From Hemiscyllium ocellatum (Eukaryota), in the NCBI RefSeq assembly GCF_020745735.1, contig NC_083416.1:51733131-51797130 (forward strand): a stretch of DNA of 64,000 nucleotides, given 5' to 3'. The notes below the pieces were generated by a model, which was given only the letters and a program-made list of their open reading frames with translations, did not search any database and was not told the DNA's origin. The translations under genes were made by a program, and so were the position numbers. Position 1 is the stretch's first letter; every line of letters starts with the position of its first letter. Positions 48,602 to 61,500 of this stretch are shown piece after piece.

Positions 48602-50071
48602 CAGATTTAACCATCCAATGCTCTAATGGTTTTACTGAATGAATCCAACTCTCATGTGCATTTTTATATGATAAATCTTGTTCCTGTAGTGCCAGTGATA
48701 ATGCCTGTTGCCTTGGAATTTTCCTGGATGAGCCATGATGTCTGCGGTCTCAATGATTCCTTTCCATCTTTACTGTGATTTAGTTAATGGATATCCTACA
48801 GCTTCTGCAACCCTTAGTAATTCCCTTCCTTTAGATTTTGAATGCTCAACTTCTAAATTGCCCCGATATAGTTTTAACTTTGGCTTTGTGACACTCCAAG
48901 TGCATTCCCAACAACCTAATTTTAAAATTACTTCTGTTGGCCTCGATATTCTCTATTGCAGCTGGGTCTGATCCACAATAGAGACATGCTTGCTCTGATC
49001 TATGAGTACTCCACCTGCAACTAGACTTTATTGATTATATGTATATCATATATTTTAAATATTTTTTCCCTATGCCTATGAAGGATTTCAAACTTTACTG
49101 ACAGAGCCTCTGACACCTGTTCAATTTCCAGCTGAACGTCAACTTGGAAGGGTTCCTACAGTTCATTGGTGACCGATGCAATCTGTAGCTGCCTTGGTGT
49201 GATTAACGATCCAGCTCAAAAGGAGCTTCTAGTTCACATTTGCTTCTGGTTAATCACTTACCAGATCAATATTTTTCCATTTTGCCAATGACTGTAGATT
49301 CTGTCTTGCCTAAACACGACACAAATTTCTCTTCTGTAGGCTCTTTGAATGTTCAGCTATCCATGTCACTGACTGTCCGTACAAATAGATAATCATCTAT
49401 GTCTGAATTCCTTCAAAGCTCACAAGGATCAGCACCATTGCACAGCAAGTTGTATGTTGGATTTTCACAAAAGTGATAGATACATCTGGTCCATTTGAGG
49501 CTTCCATTTTCCTGCTATGTTGGCATCTAGAAGACCTGACCAATTTAATGTGATAGAGGAAAACCAATTGGTGGTTTACTGAAAGGAGCCTCCAGTTTCA
49601 TACAAGGTGTAGTTTCTGGCATGATAGCAATCATTTACAACATACAATGATAAAATAGACATTGTTGTGAAGATTCAGGGAGAACTAGTTGGTAAGTATA
49701 TCTCTTTAATACCTGGAGCTACTCTCCTACCTAAGTTCACATGATATCACCATAATGGGAACTGCTTAATATTCTCGACAGTATTAACCCTTTCAGAACC
49801 TAACACTACAATTCTTTTCACAATCACCTGATATCCCTAACTACCTAAAAACCAAAGAACTACGGAAACTGCAAATCAGAAACAAGAACAGAAAGTGCTG
49901 GAAAAGCTCAGCAGGTTAGGCAGCAACTGTGGGGAGAAATCACAGTAAATGTTTTGGTCCAGTGACCCTTCTTTAGAATTGATGGTAGCTAGGAAAATGC
50001 CAGTTTATTTGCACAGAATAGACTGGGGGGAGGAGATAAGAGTAAGCGATAGGTAGGGATGGAGCCCAAGC

Positions 50072-50653
50072 AGAGTCATAGAGATGTACAGCACAGAAAC
50101 AGACCCTTTGGTCCAATTCATCCATGCCGACCAGATATCCCAACCTAATCTAGTCCCACTTGCCAGCACCCGGCCCATATCCCTCCAAACTCTTTGTATT
50201 CATATATCCATCCAGATGCTTTTTAAATGTTGCAATTGTACTAGCCTCCACTACTTCCTCTGGCAGCTCATTCCATTCACGTACCAACCTCTGTAGAAAA
50301 AGCTGCCTATTAGGTTCCTTTTAAATTTTTCCCCTCTCACCCTAAACCTATGCCCTCAATTTCTGGACTTCCCCACCCCAGAGGAAATACTTTGTCTATT
50401 TATCCTATCCATGTCCCTCATGATTTTATAAACCTCTATAAGGTCACCCCCTCAGCCTCGATGCTCCAGGGAAAACAGCCCCAGCCTATTCAACCTGTCC
50501 CTATAGCTCAAATCCTCCAACCCTGGCCACATCTTTGCAAATCATTTCTGAACCCTTTCAAGTTTCACAACATCCTTCCAATAGGAAGGAGATCAGAATT
50601 GCACACAATATCTAAAAGTGGCCTAACCAATGTCCAGTACAGCTGCAACATGA
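50072..50653 (-). mobile_element. CR1/HER1 3' fragment nested in the old PLE
   Basis: Closely similar to 19650-20230, including the agagtcatagag tail. Confidence 0.92.
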
Positions 50654-52670
50654 CTGAGAAGAGCAGTTGGACAGACAAAGGAGTGGATAACAATCTGGAT
50701 AGGTGCGTGAGTGGTTATTAATGTGGACTGTTAGTGGCTAACAATGGGTTGTGTGCAATAACAGATCATGTGATAGCAAGGCCTGATGTGTGAGGGTAAA
50801 GGCAAGGACATGGAGAGTTCAAGCCCTGAAGTTATTAAACTTGATATTGAGTGCAGAAGGCTGCAGGGTCCCCAGGAGGATAGTAAGGGGTTGTTCTTCC
50901 AGCTTGCACTGAGCTTTGCTGGAGCACTGCAGCAAGCCTGAGACAGAGATATTGGCCAGGAACAGGGTGATGGGTTGAAGTGGCAGGCAACTAGAAGCTC
51001 AGGGTCTCTTTTTGCAGGCAGAGGGTAGATGTTCGGTGAAGCAGTCACCCAGTCTAGGCTTCCTCTCCCCAGTGTAGAGGAGATTACATTGTGAGCAGCA
51101 AATGCAGTAGGCTAGGTGGTGGGAAGTGCAGGTATAACGCTACTTCACCCAGAAGGTGTGTTTGGGCCTTTGAATACTGAGGAGGGAGGAGGTAAGCACT
51201 TTCTGCAGTTGCAGGGGGAGGTGCCATGGGGCTGTGGGTGGGTGAGGGCAGTGGGGTAGGTGTTGAGAGTGAAGGAAGAATGGACCAGGGTGTCCCAGAG
51301 GGAACGATCCCTGCAGAAGATAAAGAAGGGAGGGGGAGGGGCATATGTATCTGGTAGTGGCAGCTCACAGGAGATGACTGGAATGGCGATGATGATCCTC
51401 TTGATATGAATGCTAGAGGGATGGTATGTATGGGCGAGAGGAATCCGTTGTGGGATGGAAGAGAGGTGATGAGGGCTGAAGTGTGGGAGATAGATTAGAT
51501 CTGGCTGAGGGCCCTGTCAGCAACAGTTTTGGGGAATCCTTGGACAAGGAAAAAGGTGGACAGTCTGGAAGCTCCATTGTCAAAGTAGGCTACATGACAA
51601 CACATGCAACAGAGACACAGGAACTGGGAGAATGGAATGGAGTTTTTATAGGAAGGAGGGTGTGAGGATGTATAATCAAGGTAGCTGTGGATTTATAGTA
51701 GCTATTAGTTAGCAACCTATCCCCAGAAATGGCAACAGAGATGTCGAGGAAGGGAAAGGAGGAGTCAAAGACAGACCAGGTGAAAGTGAGGGCGGGGGGA
51801 AATTGGAAGTGAAATCCATGAACTTTTCCAATTCCAGATGAGAGAGGGAAGCAGCTCTGATGATATCATCGAAATATCAGAGGAAGAGTTGTGGGTAGGA
51901 CCTGGAATAGGATTGGAACAAGGATGGTTCCACATACCCCACAAAGAGACAGGCATAACTGGGGCCCATGCATGAAACCATGCCCCCCCACCCCCACAAC
52001 CTGAAGAAAATGAGAGGAGTTAAAGAGAAGTTGTTCAGGGTGAGGAAGAGCTCAGCCAAGGGGAGTAGGGTGGTGTTGGCCAAGGATATTCAGGCCGTTG
52101 CTCCAAGAAGGAGCAGACTGTCCTGAGACCATCCTAGTGGGGAGATGGATGTGTAAAAGTATTGCACATCCATGGTAAAGAGGAGGCAGCTGGAGCCTGC
52201 AAACTGAAAGTTCCAAAACTGGCATGTAGCATCAGAGGAATCGCAGATGTAAGTGGGCAGGGACTGAACCAGGGAAGAAGAGACCAAATCAAGGTAGGAA
52301 GAGGTGAGTTCTGTGGGGCAAGAGCAGGCAGAAACAATGGGTCTGTTTGGGCAGTCCTGTTTGTGTATTTTGGGAAGGAGAAGCAAGCTGTGTGGGGTTA
52401 GTATATTATTAGCTTGGAGGCAGGAGAGTGGCGTTTGCCAGATGAATGAGGTTGATGACCGTAGTTGACAGAATAGCTTGATGTTCCATGGTGGGGTCAT
52501 GGTCCAGGGGGAGATAGGACGAGGAATCTGAGAGTTGGCAGTCAGCCTCCGCAACGTTAAGGTCAGTTCAACTGACTACAACAGCACCACCCTTATCAGC
52601 AGGCTTAATCACAAACTCAGAGTTGGATCTGAGAGCACAAAGTACAGTCAGTTCCTGGGTGTGTGTGTGT

Positions 52671-52691
52671 GGGGGGGGGGGGGGGGGGGGG
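52671..52691. repeat. Poly-G tract (21 nt) preceded by (GT)n
   Basis: Directly visible. Confidence 0.9.
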
Positions 52692-52992
52692 TGTGGTGGT
52701 GTTGGAGTGTAGGGAAGAGGTTGGAATGAATGAGGGGAACAGAGAAACTGAAGTGACCAATGTCACATCAACAGTTCTCAATAACCAGGTCAAGTGCAGG
52801 TAGAAGGACAGAGGAAGGGGTGCAGGTTGATGAAGAGCTCAGGAGGTCCCAACACCCTGCCAGAGTCTCATGGCACCTTCCCCTGCAACTGCAGAAGGAG
52901 TAATACCCTGCCTGTTTACCTTCTCCCTCCTCAGTATCCAAGGGCCCAAACACACCTTCCAGGTAAAGCAGCACTTTACCTGCACTTCACAC

Positions 52993-53090
52993 ATTCCTGA
53001 TGAAGCCCTAATGCTCAAAACGTCGACTCTCTCATACTTCAGATGCTGCTTGACCAGTTGTGCTTTTCCAGTGTAACACTTTTTGACTCT
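52993..53090 (+). mobile_element. Short PLE hammerhead module nested in the old PLE (core damaged)
   Basis: attcCTGATGAagccctaatgctcAAAACGTCgac; host PLE sequence resumes on both sides. Confidence 0.8.
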
Positions 53091-53719
53091 TCCCACAATG
53101 CAGTCCACTGCGTTCGCTGTTCACCATGTGGTCTCCTGTATAGTGGGGAAATGAAGCATTGACTAGGTGATCACTTTGCAGAGGACTCTCAGCTTCCAGT
53201 TGCCTTCCATTTCAACACACTGCCCTTTTTCCCTGGCCAATATCTCTGTCTCAGGCTTGCTGCAGCAAACAACCCCTCAATTTCTGTTTGGGAATCTCAA
53301 TATCGAGTTCAAAAACTTTAGGGCTTGAACTCTCCCAAATCCTTGCCCCTACCCCCAAACACCAGCCTTGTTACCACATAGTCTGCTATTACACACAACC
53401 CATTGTTAGCCACGAACACTCCCCATTAATAACTATTCATCCTCCCAGCTGGATCCCTAGCCACTCCTTTGTCTGCCTCACTGTTCTTCTGTCTTTTTGG
53501 GCTCTATCCCCACTTATTGCTTCCTCCTTACCCCTCTCCCCCCACCCTATCTTCTGCTCATAAACTAATGTTTTCTGAGCTATCATCAGTTATAAGGAAG
53601 GGCCACCAGTTCCGAAATGTTAACCAATTTCTTCCACTGCCAGCCCTGCTGAGCTTTTCCAGTAATTTCTGTTTTTGATCCCAAACTATCTCATGGCCAA
53701 TTTCGTACTTTTTGATTTG

Positions 53720-54030
53720 TAGTCATTATTGTAATGTCGGAATGCATTCCGCAAACTCCACAGACAGCAGTCTGATAATGGCCAAACAATCTGTTTATGT
53801 AATGTTGATTGAGCAGGAAATACGCCATGACAAATGGAGAACTTCCCTGCTCTTCTTTAAAGTAGTGCCATAGGACTTTTTACGCCCACCCGAGCAGGCA
53901 AGTAAGGCTTCATTTTGACACCTCTTTCAAAAGGCACCACCTCCAACAGGGCAGCACAGTAACAGTAGTATTCTGATTGAACCCAAGTCTTAGAGTGAAC
54001 TTGAACCAGAAACCTTGCAACTGAGCCAAC
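53720..54030 (-). mobile_element. Deu-domain SINE
   Basis: Minus strand gggtgggcgtaaaaagtcctatggcactactttaaagaagagcagggaagttctcc, Deu-like core. Confidence 0.65.
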
Positions 54031-54754
54031 ACCCGCACACAAAGGTAAGTACCTCTCTGAATGTTAACCATTACCCACATTGTTGTTGGAATGTCAAGGG
54101 TTAAGAGTAAGGATGTTTGTCCTGTTATCATCCAGGAAACTTTAAACTGGACAGGACTTTTCCTGAACAAAATTGTCACAACTCCATGAGAGTCAGCAAA
54201 GTTTTGTGTCACATTACTGCAGGAAGAAGTCAGTATTTAATTTTCTAGAATACATGAAAAGCAAGTAGAAAGGTCAATAAGATATTGACTCATCTTTTAG
54301 TTACACCATGGAAATAGAGGTAACTTTATGGAGATTTCTGGAAAGCTGACAAGAAGTTTTAAGCTTGAATAAATATTATTGATGTGCAAGGCTGTGAATT
54401 TCAGAATCTGACACCATTCAATTGAGACTGTCTGGGAAAAAAAAACCCACATCAAAAGCTGTTAAGCATTATTAACATCTTATAATTATTCAGGTTTACT
54501 GCCAAAGTTGAATCTTATGACCTTGGGAAAAGCTTAGCAACAATGTGCAAATCAGCCATATAAAAGCAGCACATGGGACAGTGGAGGACTTAGTTTGTTC
54601 AAAGTTGCTTCCTAAAGAAATAAAAAATTATAAGTTTGCCACATAGAAAACAGCCATTTGATTCTTCATGTCTGAACCATCTGAGCTATCTAGCCCAACT
54701 TCTCTTTTCAGAATTTGATCCATCAGCTTGCAGATATGGCACTTTTTAAAAATA

Positions 54755-55040
54755 GAATGCCTACAGTGTGGAAACAGGACCTTCGGCCCAACAAGTCCAT
54801 ACTGACCCTCCGAAGAGCAACCCACCCAGACCCATTCCCCTGTAGTTAACCCGACTAACCTGGGCATCCCTGAACACTGTAGGCAATTTAGCATGGCCAA
54901 TTCACCCTAACCTGCACACCTTTGGACTGTGGGAAGAATCTTGAGCACCCAGAGGAAACCCAGGGGAGAATGTGCAAACTCCACACAGAAAATCGCCCGA
55001 GGCTAGAATCGAACGCAGGTCCCTGGCGCTGTGAGGCTGT
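54755..55040 (-). mobile_element. HE1-type V-SINE, slightly 5'-truncated
   Basis: Same organisation as 8442-8749. Confidence 0.88.
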
Positions 55041-55999
55041 ATATATACATACCTTTTAATGAGTTGAATGTTTCAGCCATTACTACTCTTGCAGGCAGCG
55101 TGTTCAACATCCCCTACCAACTTCCATCCTCATTTCTCCTCAATGTTTTCTGTCAATCACTTTAAATCTGCGCCCTTTAGTTTCCAACCTTTCTGCAAAG
55201 GTGAGTAGTCGATTCCGATTGTTCCAACTGAAATGGGAGGAATGCAATGTCCTTCTCTAGTCCCGCTACTTCACAGATCTCAGCATAAATTTAGTCGTTT
55301 TACCCTATTCCGGATATGGCCAATTGTATACTTTCTCTGCTTTCTAGACTATAAATATTAGAGATCCATCAAAAGGGTTTCTTTCATAAACACAAATGAT
55401 TAATTTACAAGCTAGAAATAAGTTAACTGATGGCAATCCAAGACTGGTTATCACACAGTTTGCAATTTGAAATTATAAATATTTTCTAAACAATCCAACA
55501 GACGTGTGTGCACACACATGCACACTTCTAACTGAAGGGATTCACTTTGGGAAAAACAACTCAGCATGTCTTGGTTCTTGACAGGAAAATAAAGAGAATA
55601 ATTTTCACACAGGGAAAAACCTCCCACTAATTAACCGATTGAGATCCAAAAGATACAGTTTTTGAAAGAAGTGAATGCAAGTTGTCGTCTAATTAATGAT
55701 GATAAGTATCAACACATCCTCCCTGTTTTTATAATTGGATTTTCTGATGGCCAGGCTGTGATTATTCTAGCTTAGAGTTGTATCTGATGGATTTATGGAA
55801 GACTCCAAAGGAATTGCCTAGGAAATTGAAAATTCTGCTTGGTTCTTCCTTTCTGCCTTCAAAAATATTCATTCAAATATGGCAATTTAGAGGACTCCAA
55901 TGAAATAGTTTAAATAGTTACTCAGGAAAAGTGAGATGATTAAATGCATAGCCTAACTCCTGAGTAACTACTCAACTGATCACATACTTATCTCAGACA

Positions 56000-56017
56000 C
56001 CCCCCCCCCCCCCCCCC
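56000..56017. repeat. Poly-C tract (18 nt)
   Basis: Directly visible. Confidence 0.9.
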
Positions 56018-57679
56018 AACTGTATCTCCAACAACCACTTACAGGTATCCAGAGCCTGACCTGACAGTCCCCTGGACCCAACATGTTTGCCCCATTTTAA
56101 ACTGACACCCCCATTCCCTGCTAAGCCCTAAAGTTCCCCTTCCTTTGTTCTTGGCCAGATCCCATCAGCCACCTTCCCTCTCTCTTGACCCAGTCTCCTC
56201 CCCTTGCCTTAGTGCTGCTTTGGATCAAATACAGCCTCCCTATACAGTTATCCTTGCTGTAATCAACTAGACAACCAACCTCTGCATTATCTGCAAACCT
56301 CATGATTATGATCTGTACATTTACATCCAGATTGTTAATATGTACCACCTTTAGGAAGGGATCCAGTTTTTAAGCCCTTTGGGAATCCAGTGGAAACATT
56401 ATTTCAATTGCAAAACAAACCATGAACATTTACCTTCCAGTTCTTGGCACTGAGCCAATTTTCTATCCTGCGATGTTGCCCTGGATCCCCAGGGCTGATT
56501 TTTAAAAAGAACAGATTTTGTCAATATCCTGACTAAAATCAATGTCAGACCACACCAACCACACGGCCTTCATCACTCCTCCTCGTTAATTATTCAAAAT
56601 TATTTTATCGGGTCAATCAGACACAAGCTTCATTTAAAGATTCGGTATTGATTGTCCTTGATTCAACTATACTTCGGAAAATGACAAGATTATCTGTGCC
56701 TCAGAATTGATACCAATAATTTGCTCATTACTGAAATTGTGCTGGCTGTAATTATTCAGTATAACCATTACTCCCTTTTTAAGCAAAGGAATAAGGTTAG
56801 CAAAGCAGCCTCGGCTGGTGCTGTAGTATTGTCCTTCTCTTTGGGCCAGGAGACCCAGAATAAGCACGTAAGTCACCTCCTGAATTATATTTTGCTAATT
56901 TGGTTTCATGAATTAGCTGGTTTTACTGGGTAGATTGAACATTATAAAGATGAGTTCACAAAATTTTTTTTGCTCACACATGCCTCAATATTCCTCTACA
57001 TTTAACTCAAAGTACAGCAAGTGACGAGAAAGGGTATTTTTCAAGGAGTTACAAATGCTTTCTAGTGGTGGCTCAGAAAGAAGAGTTTATGGATTTATTT
57101 TCCTGTGGTTTGTTTGACAATCAGGAGAATTATAAGGAGAGACTATACAAGCAAGAGATGATATGACTGAAAACTCATTGATGCTATTAGCGTGTGGCCT
57201 TGACAAATTTTAATTTCTCAGTTTCATTTTCTTCAGTTTAGCTGAAGTAGTCTACAACATAAGTTGACTCTTAAGCAGAGTTTGTGTCCACTCACTTGCT
57301 TTCATTCGGATTCTTCTGCAAGAAAGCAACACAGCAGTAGATTGTGAACAGGTTATCTGCTGCCTCGCTGGACATACAGTGAGAGAGGTAAAGGCAAAGG
57401 GATCTCAGCCACTAGTACATTATGACTTTTGGCCTTGGACTGAAGGCTGGATTAACAATGATGTCACCATTCCCCATGAGATTATTATCTCTGAGAAAGA
57501 GATAAATAATGTGCTAATTGCTGTGACTTTTGCCTCCAGCTAAGTATCTTATTAAGCTATTGGTTATCAAAGAACAGTACATTTTCAAATACGGTGTTAT
57601 GCTTCACATGACCTCAAATAAGATGACATGTGAGACTTTTCTACCCTCTGGTCACACACAGTGATGATAATGTCAGCAT

Positions 57680-58158
57680 GTCTCAGAAGGAATTTACCAG
57701 GACATTGCCGGGTATGGACGGTTTGAATTTTAAAGAAAGGCTGTATCCGCTAGGACCTTTCTCACTGGAGTATAGGAAATTGACAGGAGATCTGATAGAA
57801 GTTTACACAATAATGAGATGTATAGATAGAATTAATTGTAAATGTCTTTTCCATAGGTTGTGGGATTTCAAGATTAGGAGGCACATTAAGGTGAGAGGAG
57901 AGAGATTTTAAAAAGAAAAGGGAGCAAATTGTTTGCATCGAGGGTGGTTCACGTGTGTAATGATCATCCTGAGGAAGTGGTGGATGTAGGTACAATTACA
58001 ACATTTAAAAGACATTTGGACAAATACATGAATAGGGACTGTTTGAAGGAATATGGGCCAGCAGCAGACAGGTGAAACAAATTTAATTTGGGATTATGTT
58101 TGGCATGGATTTGTTGGACCAAAAGGTCTGTTTCCATGCTGTATGACTCTATGTCTCT
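57680..58158 (+). mobile_element. CR1/HER1 3' fragment
   Basis: FTRTLPGM..LTGDLIEVY; ends gtatgactctatgtctcta. Confidence 0.9.
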
Positions 58159-58309
58159 AACAAGGTATACTACATACTAACTGTGACACAAATCATAACA
58201 CAGATTTAAAAGCTAACAATACTTTTGACCAGCAGCAACCCCAATGACAAATAATATTATTGCCTGAGTGTAAAAGAGGGCAGCAAGAGAATCCAAGTTC
58301 TCTCAGAGG

Positions 58310-59300
58310 GTCCTGAAGCTTTGGAACTCACTTTCTGTAAAGGCGTTGGAGGAAAAGTCCTTGAATATTTTTAAAGCAGAGATGAATACACTCTTGTTAA
58401 AGTGTAAAAGATTATCATGGTAGCCAAGAATGTGTGTTTGAGGTTACAGTTAAATCAGCCATCATCTTATTGATTGGTGGAGCAGAATTGAAGAGTTGAA
58501 TAAAAACATGAGAACATATAAACTATGAACAGGGCTAGGCAATTCAGCTGCTCAAGCCTGCTCTAATCATTTAATATGACCAAGGCTAATTTCACCTCAA
58601 TCTCAACTCTACTTTCCTGCCCAATCTCTATAATCATTCAACCTATTACTAATTAAAAATCTGTCTATGTCCTCCTTAAATTTACTCACAGCATCCACCA
58701 CACTCTGGAATAGTGAATTCTACAGATTCATGACCATTTGAGAAAAGTAATTCCTCCTCATCTCTGTTTCAAATATGCTATCCCATATTCTGAAGCGAAG
58801 GCCTTTCATTTTAGATTGCCACACATGAGGAAACATCCTCTCTTTGTCGAACCCTTTAACATCTTTATAAGTCCCAATCAAATCTTGTCTCATTCTTCTA
58901 AACTCCAGAAAGTATACACCTTAACTGCTCAATTTCTGCATGAGACAAAACCCCTCATTTATGGAATCAATCGAGATAAGCTCCCCTGAAGTGCCTCCAA
59001 TGGAATTACATCCGTCCTCAAGTAAGGGAACCAAACCTGTATGTGATACTCCAGGTAAAAAGTGAAGTCTCCAGATGCTGGAGATCAGAGCTGAAAATGT
59101 GTTGCTGGTTAAAGCACAGCAGGTCAGGCAGCATCCAAGGAACAGGAAATTCAACGTTTCGGGCCAGAGCCCTTCATCATGATGACCTGCTGTGTGATAC
59201 TCCAGGTACAGTCACACTAATGCTTTGGACCATCACAGCAACACTTTCCTTCTTCCATACTTCATTCATTTAGCAATAAATGCCAAAATTTTACGACTGC
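58310..59300. mobile_element. Two old CR1 3' fragments, tail to tail (plus ~58310-58500, minus ~58510-59300)
   Basis: Similarity to the CR1 3' ends at 15360-15580 and 36095-36700. Confidence 0.6.
59058..59192 (-). mobile_element. Short PLE hammerhead module with a 12-nt inverted stub and a 16-bp TSD
   Basis: Perfect TSD tgtgatactccaggta at 59042-57 and 59193-208; minus strand TGATGAagggctctggcccGAAACGTTgaa. Confidence 0.9.
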
Positions 59301-59374
59301 TTCCCCTCCTAATCCAAGGTTTGTACAAGGTTTGTATCTTTCAAACTTTGACTGGCCGAAGGAAGAGCCAGATT

Positions 59375-59482
59375 AAAAAGAAAGACAAAAATAGAAATTG
59401 CTGAAAAAGTTCAGCAGGTCTGGCAGCAGCTGTGGAGAGAAGTCAGAGTTAACATCTCAGTTCAAATGACCCTTCCTCAGAA
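59375..59482 (-). mobile_element. Short 3' module of the older PLE family (degenerate hammerhead ttCTGAGGAagggtc...)
   Basis: Homologous to 49850-49980 and 53590-53677. Confidence 0.65.
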
Positions 59483-60878
59483 TGTCTTTGGGGGACTGAG
59501 GGAGGAAAATCTCAACACAGCGTGGTTCAGAATGTATCGACAGTGGATAATGAAATAAGCAATACAGCCTTGACCAGCCCAAGTGATCCCACAACATGAA
59601 AGAAGAGTTTTAGTGAACTCATCAGGATTGACAAGACAAGTCAGGTCACAGTTCCCAGTATTGTGTATCAATGATAAGTTTAATTTCACTCTTATTGTAG
59701 ATACTCTTTTTTATGTCATCCCATGTGTTGAAAACACAGCTATACAAAGAGCAACCTTTGAAACAATGAAGTGCTATTTTAATTCACAACTACTGTTGAA
59801 AACTCATTTTCTTTTTCTGTGAGGATTTCTGAGCTACAGTTAATCTAAAGGCATAATATCATTACAATGATGTTCAAGGAGAAAAACTCGATTAACCTTC
59901 TCTTCTCTTTCTTTTCATGCCATTACTTGCAGAGAGTCATATGTAACCCCTTCTTTGCCTGTATATCTTGCTGAATGGATACCTGTGCATTAATTGTGAG
60001 GCCTCAATACTACGGTCTCCAATCTAGGCTTTTCAAAACAGAGAAGGATTTGCAAGAAACATTCTATGTTCATATTTAATCCTGTTCTTCTTACATAAAT
60101 GATCCAGTGTGATAAAAAATAATTGATTGAACCTTGAGTATCAGTCATACCAACTCTCAGTTCAAGAAAACACTGTGGTATCCATTTCAGTAACATTGTT
60201 TCACAGATCATGCCACCGCTTAAATAATGGCAATTGTATTTCGGCCTAGATGGAAATGGAAAGGAAATTGAAATACGTGTGCATGACACCATTTAAATGG
60301 GAAAAGATGGGACAGAGTGTCCTGCTACAACAACTTTAAGCATGAAGGAAAATCCCTGAGCTGGTACATAATTTAAGTCAATAACATTAATGAACATCAG
60401 GGTATACTTTTGTCATATTCACCTGGACTTTGAGCATTCCCTGGCACGATTGCAAAAAGTAAAATCAAGCCACTTGTCCTGAACAGATTGCAATGAGTCT
60501 TCAAGCGATTTGCGAACTCTGCAGCAGGATTTCCTTGATGTGGTGGTAATCCTTCACTATGAATTGCTAAAAGTGAGAAGCTATTCCATGAGGCATAATG
60601 TTCCCATTTTGAATTAAAGTGTGTTATATAGTCAGAGTCATGGAGCCTGGTCCACCAGAGCTTGGAGCTACTCTTCTCGTGCTACTTTCCACTCTTCCCC
60701 TTTTTAATTATGCAGCGGGGCTCTTGGGTGCCTTTCTTGGAGAATCACAGGTAGGGAAGGGAGAAATGCTTAAATTCTCCTAGACCTTTTAGTATTTACT
60801 GACATCATATTTAAAGCACAGTTGCACATCACTTCAGGGCAGAGCCATCACATTTGGGTGCTGTTATCAACAAGGAAA

Positions 60879-61500
60879 ATGGCCCAGAAGAAAGAAAAAC
60901 GTGCTCCCTGTTCATGGAAAGGAACCTGGAGGTGGGATGACAGAGAAAAGAGCGATCCTTTTTTTCCTGCAGACTGTCACTGGAGGCCATGTCACCGGAG
61001 ACCGAACCATCCTGAACACCAAGTACAGTGTTGGTCACTGCTGCGTCCTAGGTGAAGTGGGATACACAGGAAGAAAGTCAAAGATTTTCTATGCTCTGCA
61101 AAGGTAATGCAACATTATCTCTGTGACCTCACACTCACAAGGTCAGCACTCACTCTACCTTGACCATTGCAAAGGCCTCTCACCAATGTTCGTGGATTTC
61201 AACTCTCACTATTGCATGCATTATAACTAAGTAATGGTTCTTGCTCTCCTCATCTTCCTGAACCCTTCCTGCCCTCTCAGCTTCTTACCTACTAGGGGTC
61301 CCTCATCACTTCTCCTGTTTTTGCACCACCACTATTTACTGTTCCATCCACTTCCATCACACTCAATTTCTCCACTTGTCTCACTTCAGAGCCAACCTGC
61401 CCATAACCAGGTTGAGAGTCCAGAGCTGGCAGGGAATAGGGAACATCAGGTGACTTACTCCCCATGAGTCGCCATAGAAGAGCAGCACAGCTCATGTGGA
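60879..61500 (+). pseudogene. Decayed two-exon Myb/SANT-like ORF, probably PIF/Harbinger ORF2
   Basis: MAQKKEKRAP..., EKRAILF.., RKKVKDFLCSAK|gt donor at 61104; cag acceptor at 61389 followed by AHNQ... Multiple frameshifts. Confidence 0.45.

Larger units (their letters stand above)
49847..53677. mobile_element. Old fold-back Penelope-like element: minus arm with RT and EN, plus arm with EN and 3' end
   Basis: LLPKIHK..PNRPIVS, LFTMDV..YTSI, MGPSYACLFVGYVE (PLE RT); 14-bp TSD with 2 mismatches at 49833-46 and 53678-91. Confidence 0.85.
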
